A DNA stretch of 64,000 nt from a virus, in the IMG/VR virus record IMGVR_UViG_3300048839_001709, positions 3,604 to 67,603 of that record; one strand, 5' to 3'. The position numbers and the translations under genes were made by a program. Every line of letters starts with the position of its first letter. Position 1 is the first letter of the stretch. The notes beneath the pieces were generated by a model. The model did not search any database. It was not told the origin of the DNA and was given only the letters and a program-made list of their open reading frames with translations. This document shows, one piece after another, positions 1-9,854 of this stretch.

Positions 1-16
1 ATTTTGGAGCAAGTCG

Positions 17-322
17 ATGAATGAACCACGAAAAACCACGCCCAAGCCGGTGACCATCGGCCATGTTCAGGCGCGAATCATCCTGTATCTGGCCAATTCC
101 AACGTGGTGGTGGACTGCCTGAAAAACATCAAGTTCACCATGCTGGCGAACGAGGGCTTTCTCGAAGCAACAACGCACCAGGCCGTCCACAGCCTCGTGC
201 GTTCGAAGCTGGCGAAGCTTGATCGCGCCTGTCCGAACGGCGGCGACATTTCCTTGACCAAGCTTGGCGAGGCGGCGGTTCCGTTTTGCCAAGAGCTTTG
301 GAAAAAGTGGGGGAAAAAATAA
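17..322 (+). CDS. Hypothetical protein, possible winged-helix
   Basis: GGAG RBS, operon context; C-terminal ISLTKLG resembles a wHTH wing. Confidence 0.55.
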   Translation: MNEPRKTTPKPVTIGHVQARIILYLANSNVVVDCLKNIKFTMLANEGFLEATTHQAVHSLVRSKLAKLDRACPNGGDISLTKLGEAAVPFCQELWKKWGKK

Positions 323-700
323 ATGACGAGTAAAGAACCCATTACCGCCGACGATGTTGTTACTTGCTCGTGCGGGCGTAAATATCGCCACAACCCAAAA
401 TATTCAGAATACCGGCTTCTGCCAGATCATGACGGTTATGCTTCAACCGACGATCCAGCCGGATGGATCATTGCGATGGGTTGTTGTCCATCCTGCTACG
501 ACAAACATCATGGCGGAACCGGCGATAATAATCCCGAAGCGGACGAATGGCTTTGTAAGGATGAGGAAGAAGCAGTGAACAAGGATGTCGTTTGTCCATT
601 CTGCGGCGAGCGTGATTTTGACCTGATCGGCCTCAAGATTCACTTGTTGAATTATTGTGAGAAATACCGCGATACCCCACTCTTTGATGCTAAAAGATGA
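323..700 (+). CDS. Cys-rich (Zn-finger) hypothetical protein
   Basis: CSC, CPSC and CPFC...HLLNYC motifs; abuts upstream stop. Confidence 0.6.
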   Translation: MTSKEPITADDVVTCSCGRKYRHNPKYSEYRLLPDHDGYASTDDPAGWIIAMGCCPSCYDKHHGGTGDNNPEADEWLCKDEEEAVNKDVVCPFCGERDFDLIGLKIHLLNYCEKYRDTPLFDAKR

Positions 701-713
701 AAAGGAGCAACTA

Positions 714-920
714 GTGAATGAAATGTTAGTTCTGCGTATGGAGAATGTAGCGCTACTCATGGCCCAAATAGCCGAATTCAACGCTCGAATTGCGGGAATG
801 GTGGCAATAAACCAACAGAGGGCATTTTCAGGCGAAGCGCCAGCCTATGCAGAGAATGAATTCGCTCAGGCAATTGGCGAATTTCCAGACCCGATGGTCA
901 CACTAAAAAGAGGATTGTAA
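714..920 (+). CDS. Hypothetical protein
   Basis: AGGAG RBS before GTG 714, in frame with ORF 657-920. Confidence 0.5.
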   Translation: MNEMLVLRMENVALLMAQIAEFNARIAGMVAINQQRAFSGEAPAYAENEFAQAIGEFPDPMVTLKRGL

Positions 921-922
921 AA

Positions 923-1528
923 ATGAACCAGAAACACATCATCATTTTCGACATCGAAACCGGCGGCTTGGACGAAAAGGTGTATCCGATCATCCAGATC
1001 GCGGCGGTTGCGGTCGAACTGCAAACGATGATCGAAGTAGAAGAATTTCAAGTCAAAATCAAATTCGACGAAAATAAGGCCGAAAAGCAGGCGTTGGCTG
1101 TCAATTCCTACGATCCGGTCGTTTGGGCGAAAGAGGCGATCGAACCGCGACAAGCGGCGGCGCAATTCGAGCAATTCGTCGACCCGTTCAAATACCAGTT
1201 CGTCAGCCAGCGCGGCAAGCGGGTCAGCACCGGCTTTGCCTGCGGCCACAACAGCGAACGGTTCGACATTCCATTCCTGCATTCTTGGTACAAGCGCATG
1301 GGCGCCTGGTGCCCGATCGGTTTCAAGAACCTGGATACGCTGCAAATGGCCCTTATCGCGCAAACCTTGGGCCTTGTGGACTTTGGCGACAAGCACCAGT
1401 TGAAAGACGTTGCCCGAACCCTGGGCATTTCACTACCCGAGGTTATGCACGATGCGATGGAAGATACCCGGATCACGGCAAAGGTGTTCGCGGCGCTGAT
1501 GCAAGTCCTGAAAGGAAAACGGTCATGA
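923..1528 (+). CDS. DEDDh 3'-5' exonuclease (DnaQ/RNase T-like)
   Basis: ExoI FDIETGG, ExoII GHNSERFDIPFL, ExoIII HDAMED. Confidence 0.9.
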   Translation: MNQKHIIIFDIETGGLDEKVYPIIQIAAVAVELQTMIEVEEFQVKIKFDENKAEKQALAVNSYDPVVWAKEAIEPRQAAAQFEQFVDPFKYQFVSQRGKRVSTGFACGHNSERFDIPFLHSWYKRMGAWCPIGFKNLDTLQMALIAQTLGLVDFGDKHQLKDVARTLGISLPEVMHDAMEDTRITAKVFAALMQVLKGKRS

Positions 1529-2112
1529 GCAAGCTAACCGATGAGCAACTGCAAGAGATCAATGATTGTGTGGAGAAATACAGAAAAAGTAAAACAGTAT
1601 CATGCGATTGCAAGATAGTTTCCCCGCTCGAATGCATTGAAGATTTATTGGGACGCATCCAATCCCAGGACGCGGAAATCAAGGAACTGCGCGAGTTCCT
1701 GAATGAATCGGCGCACCTTCTCTGTCAGGAGATCGGCGCAAACCAGCCGACACGCAACGCAGCCTACGAAGCCATCGCCAAGCTCCATGAGGCAAATAAA
1801 GAGAACCAGGTGCTCAAGGCCAAGCTCGCCGACGTGGAAAAAGTAAAAAAAGTTTATTGCGTCACGATGAGTTATCACGATGGCGATCACGAACATGGGA
1901 CGTACCGATCACCACTATTTTTGAGCAAAGAGGATGCCGAAGCCTTCCGAGCCGCAATGATTGAAGGCGGTTCTGGAATCGAATGGTGGTCTGATGGAGG
2001 ATGGAACAACATCAACGGAGATCAGAGTGTAATTGAAGAAATCGAAGTGTTTGATCGTTTCGATGGGCAAATAAAAGAAAGAACAGAGTATCTTGAAATA
2101 TCATGGACATGA
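1525..2112 (+). CDS. Hypothetical coiled-coil protein
   Basis: ATGA overlap with the exonuclease gene; RBS AAGGA. Confidence 0.65.
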   Translation: MSKLTDEQLQEINDCVEKYRKSKTVSCDCKIVSPLECIEDLLGRIQSQDAEIKELREFLNESAHLLCQEIGANQPTRNAAYEAIAKLHEANKENQVLKAKLADVEKVKKVYCVTMSYHDGDHEHGTYRSPLFLSKEDAEAFRAAMIEGGSGIEWWSDGGWNNINGDQSVIEEIEVFDRFDGQIKERTEYLEISWT

Positions 2113-2127
2113 CCATGAAGGCGGTGA

Positions 2128-2373
2128 GTGATGGGCGGGCGCGAAAAAGAAAAAGCGATGCGCGATCTCCAAAAAAGCGAGGCGTACAGATGGTACGCCA
2201 CGAATACAAAGACGTGTGTGAACAGGCAAAGATACGGCGGTCTCAGGCATGCGTTCTGTAAAGCCGTCGATGGCAAGCGATGTCTCTACCGCTATTGCCC
2301 GCTATGGGGACCAGAACGGCAGCCAACCCAACGAAGGGCGAAACTCCGAGCGAAGTTAGAGGGTGGTGAGTGA
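2128..2373 (+). CDS. Hypothetical protein
   Basis: Operon packing with overlapping neighbours. Confidence 0.5.
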   Translation: MMGGREKEKAMRDLQKSEAYRWYATNTKTCVNRQRYGGLRHAFCKAVDGKRCLYRYCPLWGPERQPTQRRAKLRAKLEGGE

Positions 2374-2774
2374 TGAAATCAGAACCAATTATCTGTAGTC
2401 AGTGCGAAAAAGAAATAACCGGAGAGCCGGTAGTCGAAGAATACTACCGGCATTGCGACGACGACGCTGGCGAAAAGTATTACTTTTGCCCCGAAGAAAA
2501 CGAGGAAGACGGTTGTGTATGCCGCGCCGAGTACGAGGATCAAAGCTACATCCAGTTTTGCGAGGTATGCGGACGTTATATTGCCGATGGTGGTTACGCC
2601 GCAATCAATTTCATCAGCACACCGGCAAATATGGACGACAAAAAAACAATGAGCGGAGATATCTGCTACAAGTGCCACCGTGAACATACGTTGGCTCATG
2701 GTCTGGCACTCGCGGATCTACAAAACGAAGAAGTCGAAGTCGAAAACTACTACTCCGAAAAGGAGCTAGAGTAG
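2370..2774 (+). CDS. Cys-rich Zn-ribbon hypothetical protein
   Basis: CSQC, CEVC and CYKC motifs. Confidence 0.6.
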   Translation: MMKSEPIICSQCEKEITGEPVVEEYYRHCDDDAGEKYYFCPEENEEDGCVCRAEYEDQSYIQFCEVCGRYIADGGYAAINFISTPANMDDKKTMSGDICYKCHREHTLAHGLALADLQNEEVEVENYYSEKELE

Positions 2775-2967
2775 CATGGATGGAAGCTCGAACCATGCGA
2801 TAAGCATGAAGACGAAGACGAGATTCGTAAGCGAGCGATAAATTTGGCAAAAGCAGGAAACGATGTATTAATTCATGTTCGCGGTTGGAGCGAATCGGTT
2901 TATTTCAGACCGCGCAAAGATTAGAACAAAGACCATTTTGTTGACGCCAACAAAAAGGAAATGACCA

Positions 2968-3495
2968 ATGAATTTCACCGATCAAGAAATCGCCCAGGCA
3001 AAAGAAATCATGGAGAAATTACGGCGGGATGCCCAGGCCGAAGCCGATGAATCGGATAAAGCATGGCGTAATTATGGATTTGCAGAAAGAGGCGAGCGAT
3101 ACGTCGACGACGACGAATTGCGTCAACTCGAACTTCGCGCAAAGCGTTGTAAGCGGGCAAAGGAAGAATCCGCACAAAAGCTCAAAGATACGGAAAAACG
3201 ATATGCTCAGTTCCTCGCCGAAGTGGAGATCCAGAGAAACAGCGCCAAGTACGGCAAAGAACAAATCGAAAGCACGTTGATTTGGCACGATCCGGAAATA
3301 CTCGAGCCAAGGCTGTGTGGGCCATATCTCGTCATGCTCGGCAAGGACGATTTCACTCTGGCCAATTACAACCACCAGGAACGCCATTGGCTTTCCACGG
3401 AAGACGACAGATGCGGATATTCGCTCGACGTGAAACTGTACGCCGAAGTTGCTCTGCCAAACGTCGAAGTTGACGCCGGGGAAAGGAATAGATGA
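2968..3495 (+). CDS. Hypothetical protein
   Basis: AAGGA RBS, 175-aa ORF. Confidence 0.65.
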   Translation: MNFTDQEIAQAKEIMEKLRRDAQAEADESDKAWRNYGFAERGERYVDDDELRQLELRAKRCKRAKEESAQKLKDTEKRYAQFLAEVEIQRNSAKYGKEQIESTLIWHDPEILEPRLCGPYLVMLGKDDFTLANYNHQERHWLSTEDDRCGYSLDVKLYAEVALPNVEVDAGERNR

Positions 3496-3649
3496 TATCC
3501 TACTCCAGCCAAATCGGTTTGTTGTTAATGAAACCGCCTTTCACTAGCAACAAACTCAACATTCATGATAAAAAACAGGAAGGACGATGCGTTCAACCAC
3601 CAGGACACAGAAAATAGGCGGCGTGACCATCGTTAGAAGAAGAGGACCA

Positions 3650-3877
3650 ATGACCACCGACAAGTCTGAATATCCGATTTTCGTCTTCAAATGCAAACGT
3701 TGCGGAAACATTGTCCGAGATGAATGGCGCTATCTCCCGCCAGGGTGGAAAATACCCAAACTCGGAATCTGCGACGATTGTCTCTTACCCGAGGACACGA
3801 GAGGACCGGAAAGACCGCTCGCAATTTTAGCCAAGACCGAAGCAACTATAAACGGCACCGATCAACTACCGCACTAG
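3650..3877 (+). CDS. Small C4 Zn-finger protein
   Basis: GAGG RBS; CKRC...CDDC. Confidence 0.5.
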   Translation: MTTDKSEYPIFVFKCKRCGNIVRDEWRYLPPGWKIPKLGICDDCLLPEDTRGPERPLAILAKTEATINGTDQLPH

Positions 3878-4127
3878 CTAACAGTCTCTCTACTCTGTTC
3901 CTAGCTTCCGAAGAGAGGCTATAAAAAAGTCATAACCGCTCTCGCAGATACTTACTAACTAGGGGGAAACTTCGACCAGGAACTACCACAACCCAACCAA
4001 ACCAAACCAGGAAGTAAAGAAAACACCAGGTCACACCCGCTTGTCAAGATGTTCTGAATTGTCTGAAAATCTCACAAACCAAAATCTCCCGCAAAATCAT
4101 GACGAAACCGCATCAAAAAAAATGCAC

Positions 4128-4145
4128 TTCTGAAATTCCGTACCA
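4128..4145 (+). promoter_or_regulatory. Putative late-promoter motif copy 1 (TTCTGAAATTCCGTACCA), upstream of terS
   Basis: One of 8 intergenic copies of TTCWGAAWNNNCRNACCA. Confidence 0.65.
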
Positions 4146-4392
4146 TCTTCCCCGTTTTACCAGAAATCAGCCAATATCATGGACATGATGACGACGATCA
4201 CAACATCCACGAAGACCAGCAGAAAAAACGAAATCACCCAAAACGAATTTTCCATTGCCACTTCAAAAAAATGCGCAGGCTCGAAAATCACCCGAACCGA
4301 ACATTCTCAGGAAAAAGGGTGGCTTTGTCTCGGCCTGGGGCCGGTCGGTTGTGTAAACTTAGCGAAGCCTATGCACCTGGTGAAAGAATGAG

Positions 4393-5046
4393 ATGGCCTG
4401 GAATGTTCAGCGCCGATGCACCGCGAAATCAAAACGATCGGGTCAGCGTTGCAAGAATCCGGCAGCTTTCGGTTACAAAGTGTGTCGGATGCACGGAGCA
4501 CATCCGCCTGGAAATCGCGGACGAGAAGGGGGGCCGAACATCGCAGAGTTGAACGCCAAGCAAGTGCCGATTCTCAAGGAGACTATGAAAGGCAACACGC
4601 TGGCCGTTGTCCACGGCTGCTTTGCCAAGAAGCTGCTTAGTGAAGAAGAGTTTACAATCTACGACAAGATCAAAGAGGACTTCCGCCGAGAATACAATCT
4701 AGATCCTGCGGCCGACGAGGTGTTGCTCCACGAATTGGCTTTCCGATGTGCCAAGGCCCATGTTTCGAACGTGGCCGGCGTCGAGGCCGCACTGGCCAGC
4801 CACAGCAACCGGATATCGAAGCTGCTGCAGGAGTTGGACATCCGCCGCGATCGACGGCACAATGCCAGCAGCGGGCAGACCATGCAGCAGATGATCATCA
4901 ATATCATCCAGGCAGCCGCAACAGCCACGCCAGGCGGCGAGATCGAAGCACCGCCAGCCCACCACCAGTTACCGCCAGGTCGGCATGAAACAATCGACGT
5001 GGATGCAATCCAAATCGAAGAACCGGACAAAGTGGAAGCGGAATAG
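4393..5046 (+). CDS. terS: Terminase small subunit (HGGxSTG-like N-terminal Zn finger)
   Basis: RCTAKSKRSGQRCKNPA...CRMHGA; GNTLAVVHG motif; helical C-terminus; position at the start of the late region. Confidence 0.75.
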   Translation: MAWNVQRRCTAKSKRSGQRCKNPAAFGYKVCRMHGAHPPGNRGREGGPNIAELNAKQVPILKETMKGNTLAVVHGCFAKKLLSEEEFTIYDKIKEDFRREYNLDPAADEVLLHELAFRCAKAHVSNVAGVEAALASHSNRISKLLQELDIRRDRRHNASSGQTMQQMIINIIQAAATATPGGEIEAPPAHHQLPPGRHETIDVDAIQIEEPDKVEAE

Positions 5047-5073
5047 GGTAGTCAACCAGGAAAACACGAATAA

Positions 5074-5179
5074 AATGTTTGATAATACGAAGCCCCTAAA
5101 AAACCGCATTCAATAAAATCAAGCACTTAGCACATCGGCCACGGCGGGTAATGTTTGACAATACATACCCTCAGACATT
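5074..5179. promoter_or_regulatory. Tyrosine-recombinase res/lox-like site: half-site 5074-5088, IHF box 5117-5129, 30-bp dyad core 5150-5179
   Basis: AATGTTTGAYAATAC direct repeat; dyad AATGTTTGA-N12-TCAGACATT; AATCAAGCACTTA matches IHF consensus WATCAANNNNTTR. Confidence 0.6.
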
Positions 5180-5457
5180 GACCAGAGCACCGGAATAGCG
5201 GCAAGTCAGCGGGCAGGGCGGGCATGCCGGGAGATCCTGCGCCGCCCGATCTTTCGCCAGCCAGGGCGTGAAGTGCCGATAGATGCCACATCCACACCCC
5301 CTCCCCCTTTTGTCAATTTTTTCTCGCCGCGCCCATCCGAAAAACCTATATATACCCTCCCTCTTTTAAAAATTGCAAAATTTACGGGTAAAAACAGCAA
5401 TAAATACAAGTATATGTAAGTAGGGCAAAAAAAAATGCGCAGCGATGTTATTTATAC

Positions 5458-5486
5458 TTGACAACTATAAGTTATTACGCTAGTTT
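5458..5486 (+). promoter_or_regulatory. sigma70-type promoter
   Basis: TTGACA-N17-TAGTTT with AT-rich upstream sequence. Confidence 0.65.
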
Positions 5487-5552
5487 ATAATCATGAAATC
5501 AAACGAACTAACCACAATAAACATAATCGAAACCAAAAAGGAGAAAAGAGCA

Positions 5553-5909
5553 ATGGCAACTATCAGAGAATTGATCGAAGCCCTGGAAGAGCAGGCTCAG
5601 GCTTACGGTGACGATTGCGAAGTGAAATTGATGACTCAGGAAAAGTGGCCTTTCGAAAACGCAATCTACGGAATCACGAGCAGCGCCGACATAGACATCG
5701 ATGTCAATGGAGAAAGCGAAGAGTGCGGCGACTTCCTACCTAAAGACCCCGATCATGACACAAGAGGTCGGAAAGGGCATGAAGAAAAACCAAGTGAAAA
5801 AAAGCCGATCAGCATTTATCTGGTTGAAGGTCGGCAGCTTCGATATGGGAACCAGAATGCATGGTTGAATTGTGAAAAGCTGCAAGGCCATGACGGTGGA
5901 GACTTCTGA
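5553..5909 (+). CDS. Hypothetical acidic protein
   Basis: AAGGAG RBS; first gene after promoter. Confidence 0.7.
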   Translation: MATIRELIEALEEQAQAYGDDCEVKLMTQEKWPFENAIYGITSSADIDIDVNGESEECGDFLPKDPDHDTRGRKGHEEKPSEKKPISIYLVEGRQLRYGNQNAWLNCEKLQGHDGGDF

Positions 5910-5982
5910 GTGATCCTCGCGCCTGGCTCTCCCGCGGTGGAGGGCATGGCGGGGCGATCAACAGCCAAAATGGAGAAAAGTC

Positions 5983-6201
5983 ATGAAACAGTCTGCAAAA
6001 CAAAAAGCCATGAATGAAAGAGCGAGCAGATTTGAAGAGGCTCGGAAAATCGTCGCGACTGGCACCTGCCCGATCTGTGGGGCTCAGCTTCGCCGAAACT
6101 TATCTCTAAGCGGCTGGTGGCAATGCAGTCAATTTGGAGCGGATGGGTTCCGCGCAGACAGCAGCAAGCCGAAGTGTGATTTTCAGACATTTACCGAATA
6201 A
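5983..6201 (+). CDS. Small Zn-ribbon protein
   Basis: GGAG RBS; CPIC...WWQC...C. Confidence 0.65.
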   Translation: MKQSAKQKAMNERASRFEEARKIVATGTCPICGAQLRRNLSLSGWWQCSQFGADGFRADSSKPKCDFQTFTE

Positions 6202-6217
6202 GCAAACGGAGGGTGTG

Positions 6218-6934
6218 ATGAGAGATTTGAACAAGCGGGCAACAAAGGTGTTCGCAGAATTGATTCAAGGAATGAGCGAGATCGGGGCGCATCGGAAAAT
6301 CGACAATACCGATGGGTGCTTCATGCCGGTGGTGATCGAGGTTGTTGGGGGCTGCAATGGGTTGGATGGGTTGGTAAAGGTCGTCAGCATTACTCATTAC
6401 TTCGAGCAGAACGGCGATATGATGCGCGACCCGGAAATGCTGTTCATTTGGAATGAGCAAATGAAAATGGCTTTTCCGGTTTCGTTCCGCCAGGACAGCC
6501 TGGGCATCGACCAGTATTCGGTTACCGATTTCGACGAGAGCAGCGGAATATTCACTTCGTACTATCCTCGGATGCAGGCGGATCATGCGGCCTTTGCCAA
6601 TACCTGGATGAAAAACATCAAGGCGCAGCAAGGCGACCTTTCGCCCAAAGCGGAGCTTTTGAAGTGGTCAAAGATGCGCGGCGCCGAAGCATTCCGCCTC
6701 GGGATTATGGGTGCGCCGGCTGCAGATGCCGAATTCTGTAAAAAATTGGCTGAGGAATCGGGTCCGATCGGCAGCTACGAAAAAATATTCAAGCTCTTGG
6801 TCGATATAAAAAAGACCAAGGACATCAAAAATACTTCCCTGGCTTTCTGGCAGATCATCGAGATGGCCAGTGAAAAGTTCAAGGAAATTCAGGAACAGGA
6901 AACGCAATCAGATGACAATGCGGGTGAAGTGTAA
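6218..6934 (+). CDS. DUF6908-like protein
   Basis: SITHYFEQNGDMMRDPEM motif recognised; GGAGG RBS. Confidence 0.65.
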   Translation: MRDLNKRATKVFAELIQGMSEIGAHRKIDNTDGCFMPVVIEVVGGCNGLDGLVKVVSITHYFEQNGDMMRDPEMLFIWNEQMKMAFPVSFRQDSLGIDQYSVTDFDESSGIFTSYYPRMQADHAAFANTWMKNIKAQQGDLSPKAELLKWSKMRGAEAFRLGIMGAPAADAEFCKKLAEESGPIGSYEKIFKLLVDIKKTKDIKNTSLAFWQIIEMASEKFKEIQEQETQSDDNAGEV

Positions 6935-6991
6935 CGGTTTGCACACCGGTTTTCCAAATCGGAAGATGTGGTTCAATTCCACACACCCGCT

Positions 6992-7357
6992 CTATTTGTC
7001 GATTTTCCCGCGTATTTTGCTCGTCATGAGACCTTCGGTGTACTGACTTACCGAACCATCCGGATAGATCAGTTGGAGGCTCTTAGCCTGTTCCAACTTC
7101 GGAATAATGTTTACTACGCTGGATCTCCGAACAAGCTCCATGTGGTCGACGGTTACTTGGTCCCAAAGCCATTTCCATTTTTGTTTCGGGTCTTCCGGTG
7201 GAGAAGTTATATCAATCGAGAGGGTCAGCACTTCCGGCCCCCAGCCGGCAATCAGTTTTTGAAGTTCCTCGTCACGTTGAAGAATGTAGAGTGGGCGGGC
7301 ATTTTCTTTTGTTTTGAATTCGGCAATCACATCCGCAAACAACTGGACTTGTTTCAT
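6992..7357 (-). CDS. Hypothetical protein co-transcribed with terL
   Basis: GGAG RBS, directly downstream of terL. Confidence 0.7.
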   Translation of the reverse strand: MKQVQLFADVIAEFKTKENARPLYILQRDEELQKLIAGWGPEVLTLSIDITSPPEDPKQKWKWLWDQVTVDHMELVRRSSVVNIIPKLEQAKSLQLIYPDGSVSQYTEGLMTSKIRGKIDK

Positions 7358-7375
7358 TTTTTGTTTTCTCCAAGG

Positions 7376-8977
7376 TTAGAAAGTCATATTTGCCACAGCC
7401 CCGCCGCCGCAATCCATTTCCACCATGTCGCCGGTCAGGTCGGACAAGCGAGTAACCGTTTCGCGAGCCAGGAAAAGAACGCGGCAGCTGTCGATGATGT
7501 GGTCGTTCTTTTTATCGTAAACGATATGCCGCTCGGACTTGATGTATGTGTGCGAGGTGAATTGTTCTTCGAATTCCATGTCGCCTTTTACGCCGCGCGT
7601 ATCGCTATCCTTCGGGATGTCCCATTTTCTCTGGCGCATGATGCCGTTGATCAGATTGGTGGCGAATTCCTTGGCGTTCATTTTTGTTTCTTCGCCCGAG
7701 TCCTCGTTCACGTCGATCACCAGAGAGCCGCCGAAGTCGAAAGCGATGAACCGCTCTTTGCGGCGCGGAAGAACGGCGAACTCGTCGTTGTTGTGCATCA
7801 TTTGGATAACGGACATGCCGTTGCCGCCGCGATCGATGCCGAAGGCGTCGAATTTGAAATTCTGATCCAATTGGCCGAGGATCTTCGCCTGCGTGGTGTA
7901 CGGAATTTTTTCCAGGTGAATCCGCAGGCGGCTGGTCACGATCCCGTTTGTTTCTCGGGCAACGACGATTTCGGCAGGGTCGCTGGTGTAGCCCAAGTCG
8001 GCGCCGCCCCAGGTCCGCTCGTCGGCTTTGCCGGGACTGCCCACGCGGCCCAGTAGCGCGGCGATCGCCGCTTCCACCTCGTCCTCGGTATTGCAGCCTT
8101 CGAACTCTTCGTTGGTAATGATGATCGTTTCGTAATTCGGCAAGATGGTTTGGCAGGCGAAGAAGCTTTCCACATCGAACGCCGAATAGGTCGGCTTGCC
8201 GACCAGACCGAGCACCAGGCGCTGATACTCGGACGAATCCTTGCCGTTGTGCTCTTTGATCTTTTCCCGCTCGCGCTCCTTCGACCACCGCGGATAAGGA
8301 AGAATCGTCATCGACCAGTGATATAGTTTCCATTGTTCCGGTGAGGTCGGATGCTCGACGGCTTCCGATTGAATCCTGTGATATTCGGAATTTCTTCTGC
8401 CGTCGTGATAGCTGTAAATGCCATAAACGCAGCCCGGCTCCTGCCGCTGATGCAGGACCGACCAAGCTTTTTTCGGAATGGCGCAAGCCTGGTCCACCCA
8501 AATGCGGTTGGCATGAACGCCGTCATACGAGCTGCCGTCGCTGCCGGCCGGACAGAAAACCACGCTGGAACCACCGGCAAAGAATAGCTGAAAATACGGT
8601 TGGCTTTTTCGATACTGTCCAGGCAGCATCAAGGCGCGAATGAATTCCGATTTGGAAATCTGAAATTCGATTTCGCCGATGATGTGATTCAGTTGGCCGG
8701 TCAGCGGGGCAACACAAAGCCCCACCTGGCCGATGGTCGTTGCTCCCCAATGGATGATCGAGGTAGCAATGGTAATCGTTTTACCGGTTTCCGTACCGTC
8801 GCGATGAACCTTTTTCGGATGGGGATCATCGAGTTCGTCTTTTTGATGCTGCCAGTAGCGGCGAGGGGAACCGTCGCGGTTGATCATAAACCTTTCGCCG
8901 AAGCGCCACGGCGAGATGAATATCTTGGCCAGTTCTTGTTGCTGTGCGGGGCTTAGGTTCTGTAGGTTCAGGTCCAT
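7376..8977 (-). CDS. terL: Terminase large subunit (inverted relative to the head operon)
   Basis: YWQHQ Q-motif, P-loop GTETGKT, Walker B-position IWVDQA, RNase H-type nuclease motifs GADLG..DP, IDRGGNG, NDHIIDSCR. Confidence 0.88.
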   Translation of the reverse strand: MDLNLQNLSPAQQQELAKIFISPWRFGERFMINRDGSPRRYWQHQKDELDDPHPKKVHRDGTETGKTITIATSIIHWGATTIGQVGLCVAPLTGQLNHIIGEIEFQISKSEFIRALMLPGQYRKSQPYFQLFFAGGSSVVFCPAGSDGSSYDGVHANRIWVDQACAIPKKAWSVLHQRQEPGCVYGIYSYHDGRRNSEYHRIQSEAVEHPTSPEQWKLYHWSMTILPYPRWSKEREREKIKEHNGKDSSEYQRLVLGLVGKPTYSAFDVESFFACQTILPNYETIIITNEEFEGCNTEDEVEAAIAALLGRVGSPGKADERTWGGADLGYTSDPAEIVVARETNGIVTSRLRIHLEKIPYTTQAKILGQLDQNFKFDAFGIDRGGNGMSVIQMMHNNDEFAVLPRRKERFIAFDFGGSLVIDVNEDSGEETKMNAKEFATNLINGIMRQRKWDIPKDSDTRGVKGDMEFEEQFTSHTYIKSERHIVYDKKNDHIIDSCRVLFLARETVTRLSDLTGDMVEMDCGGGAVANMTF

Positions 8978-9014
8978 GGATGCAGAAATGGCGAAAAAGC
9001 GGGATTTTTCCTAT

Positions 9015-9032
9015 TGGTTCGGGTTTTCTGAA
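9015..9032 (-). promoter_or_regulatory. Putative late-promoter motif copy 2 (TTCAGAAAACCCGAACCA), upstream of terL
   Basis: Minus-strand copy oriented toward terL. Confidence 0.7.
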
Positions 9033-9060
9033 AAAAAAATAAAAAAGGCTATTTTTTAAC

Positions 9061-9089
9061 TTGACAATAGTATCATACGGTGATACATT
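9061..9089 (+). promoter_or_regulatory. sigma70-type promoter
   Basis: TTGACA-N17-TACATT with A-tract UP element. Confidence 0.7.
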
Positions 9090-9121
9090 GACTATGTAAT
9101 CAAGATTAGAAAGGAAACAAA

Positions 9122-9406
9122 ATGTTAGAACGTGATTTACAGATTACAACAGAAAAGGCTCTTGGATTGATTCTGGAGTCCCTTTATGTCGATGCAGTCA
9201 ATTTGATACACCATGCAACAAATAGAGAAGAACGTTCGCCTATCGATGCGGCACAGGTTGCAGTTGCCGTGTACGCCCAATTGGTGCATCTTGGTCGAAA
9301 TGCACAAGCAGACAGTTTTTTCCAATGTTTGCGAGAATCTTCAGGAACAATCAGCTTTGAGACTACATATAATGACGAATCCAATGCACATTTTTTAGAA
9401 CGATAA
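9122..9406 (+). CDS. Hypothetical protein
   Basis: AAGGA RBS downstream of promoter. Confidence 0.65.
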   Translation: MLERDLQITTEKALGLILESLYVDAVNLIHHATNREERSPIDAAQVAVAVYAQLVHLGRNAQADSFFQCLRESSGTISFETTYNDESNAHFLER

Positions 9407-9419
9407 GGAGGGAGCGAAA

Positions 9420-9854
9420 ATGAAACGGACTGAAATCAACAAAAATAAATGGTACTTCAACGCTGACGAGCACTTAGGTAATGATGCTTGTATCGTTTCT
9501 GGCGAGCGAATCATTGAGTTGCTCGAATATTTTGATGATCATCAAAATACCACCGCATCCGACGATAACCGCGATTATCTAATCCGCGAGGTAGATCTGG
9601 CGATTGAAATCTGCGAGCTTGGCGAGGATGATGTACTTGAGCCGCACCTTGCCGGATGCTGGTATCGTACCGGCCAAGCAAAAAACTTTCACGGCGGGCG
9701 TGATATCGTCACCGATTCAAAGCAGCACATTAGCCAACGTACCCTTGACGCCGCCAGCATGAACGGGCCTTTCCAGCAGTACCAACAAGCATTCGACGCC
9801 GCCCTTGCGGATATCGAAGAAATCGAAAAAGAAAAAGACAATTACGGATTCTAA
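9420..9854 (+). CDS. Hypothetical acidic protein
   Basis: AGGAGG RBS. Confidence 0.7.
   Translation: MKRTEINKNKWYFNADEHLGNDACIVSGERIIELLEYFDDHQNTTASDDNRDYLIREVDLAIEICELGEDDVLEPHLAGCWYRTGQAKNFHGGRDIVTDSKQHISQRTLDAASMNGPFQQYQQAFDAALADIEEIEKEKDNYGF

Noticed and set aside
6968-8056. 362-aa plus-strand ORF
   Set aside because: Antisense shadow of terL and its downstream gene; no motifs
5074-9100. Invertible segment flipping terL via the adjacent recombinase
   Set aside because: No inverted partner of the 5150 dyad was found near 9.0 kb or 11.3 kb, and terL has its own correctly oriented late motif. Long reads could still test this.
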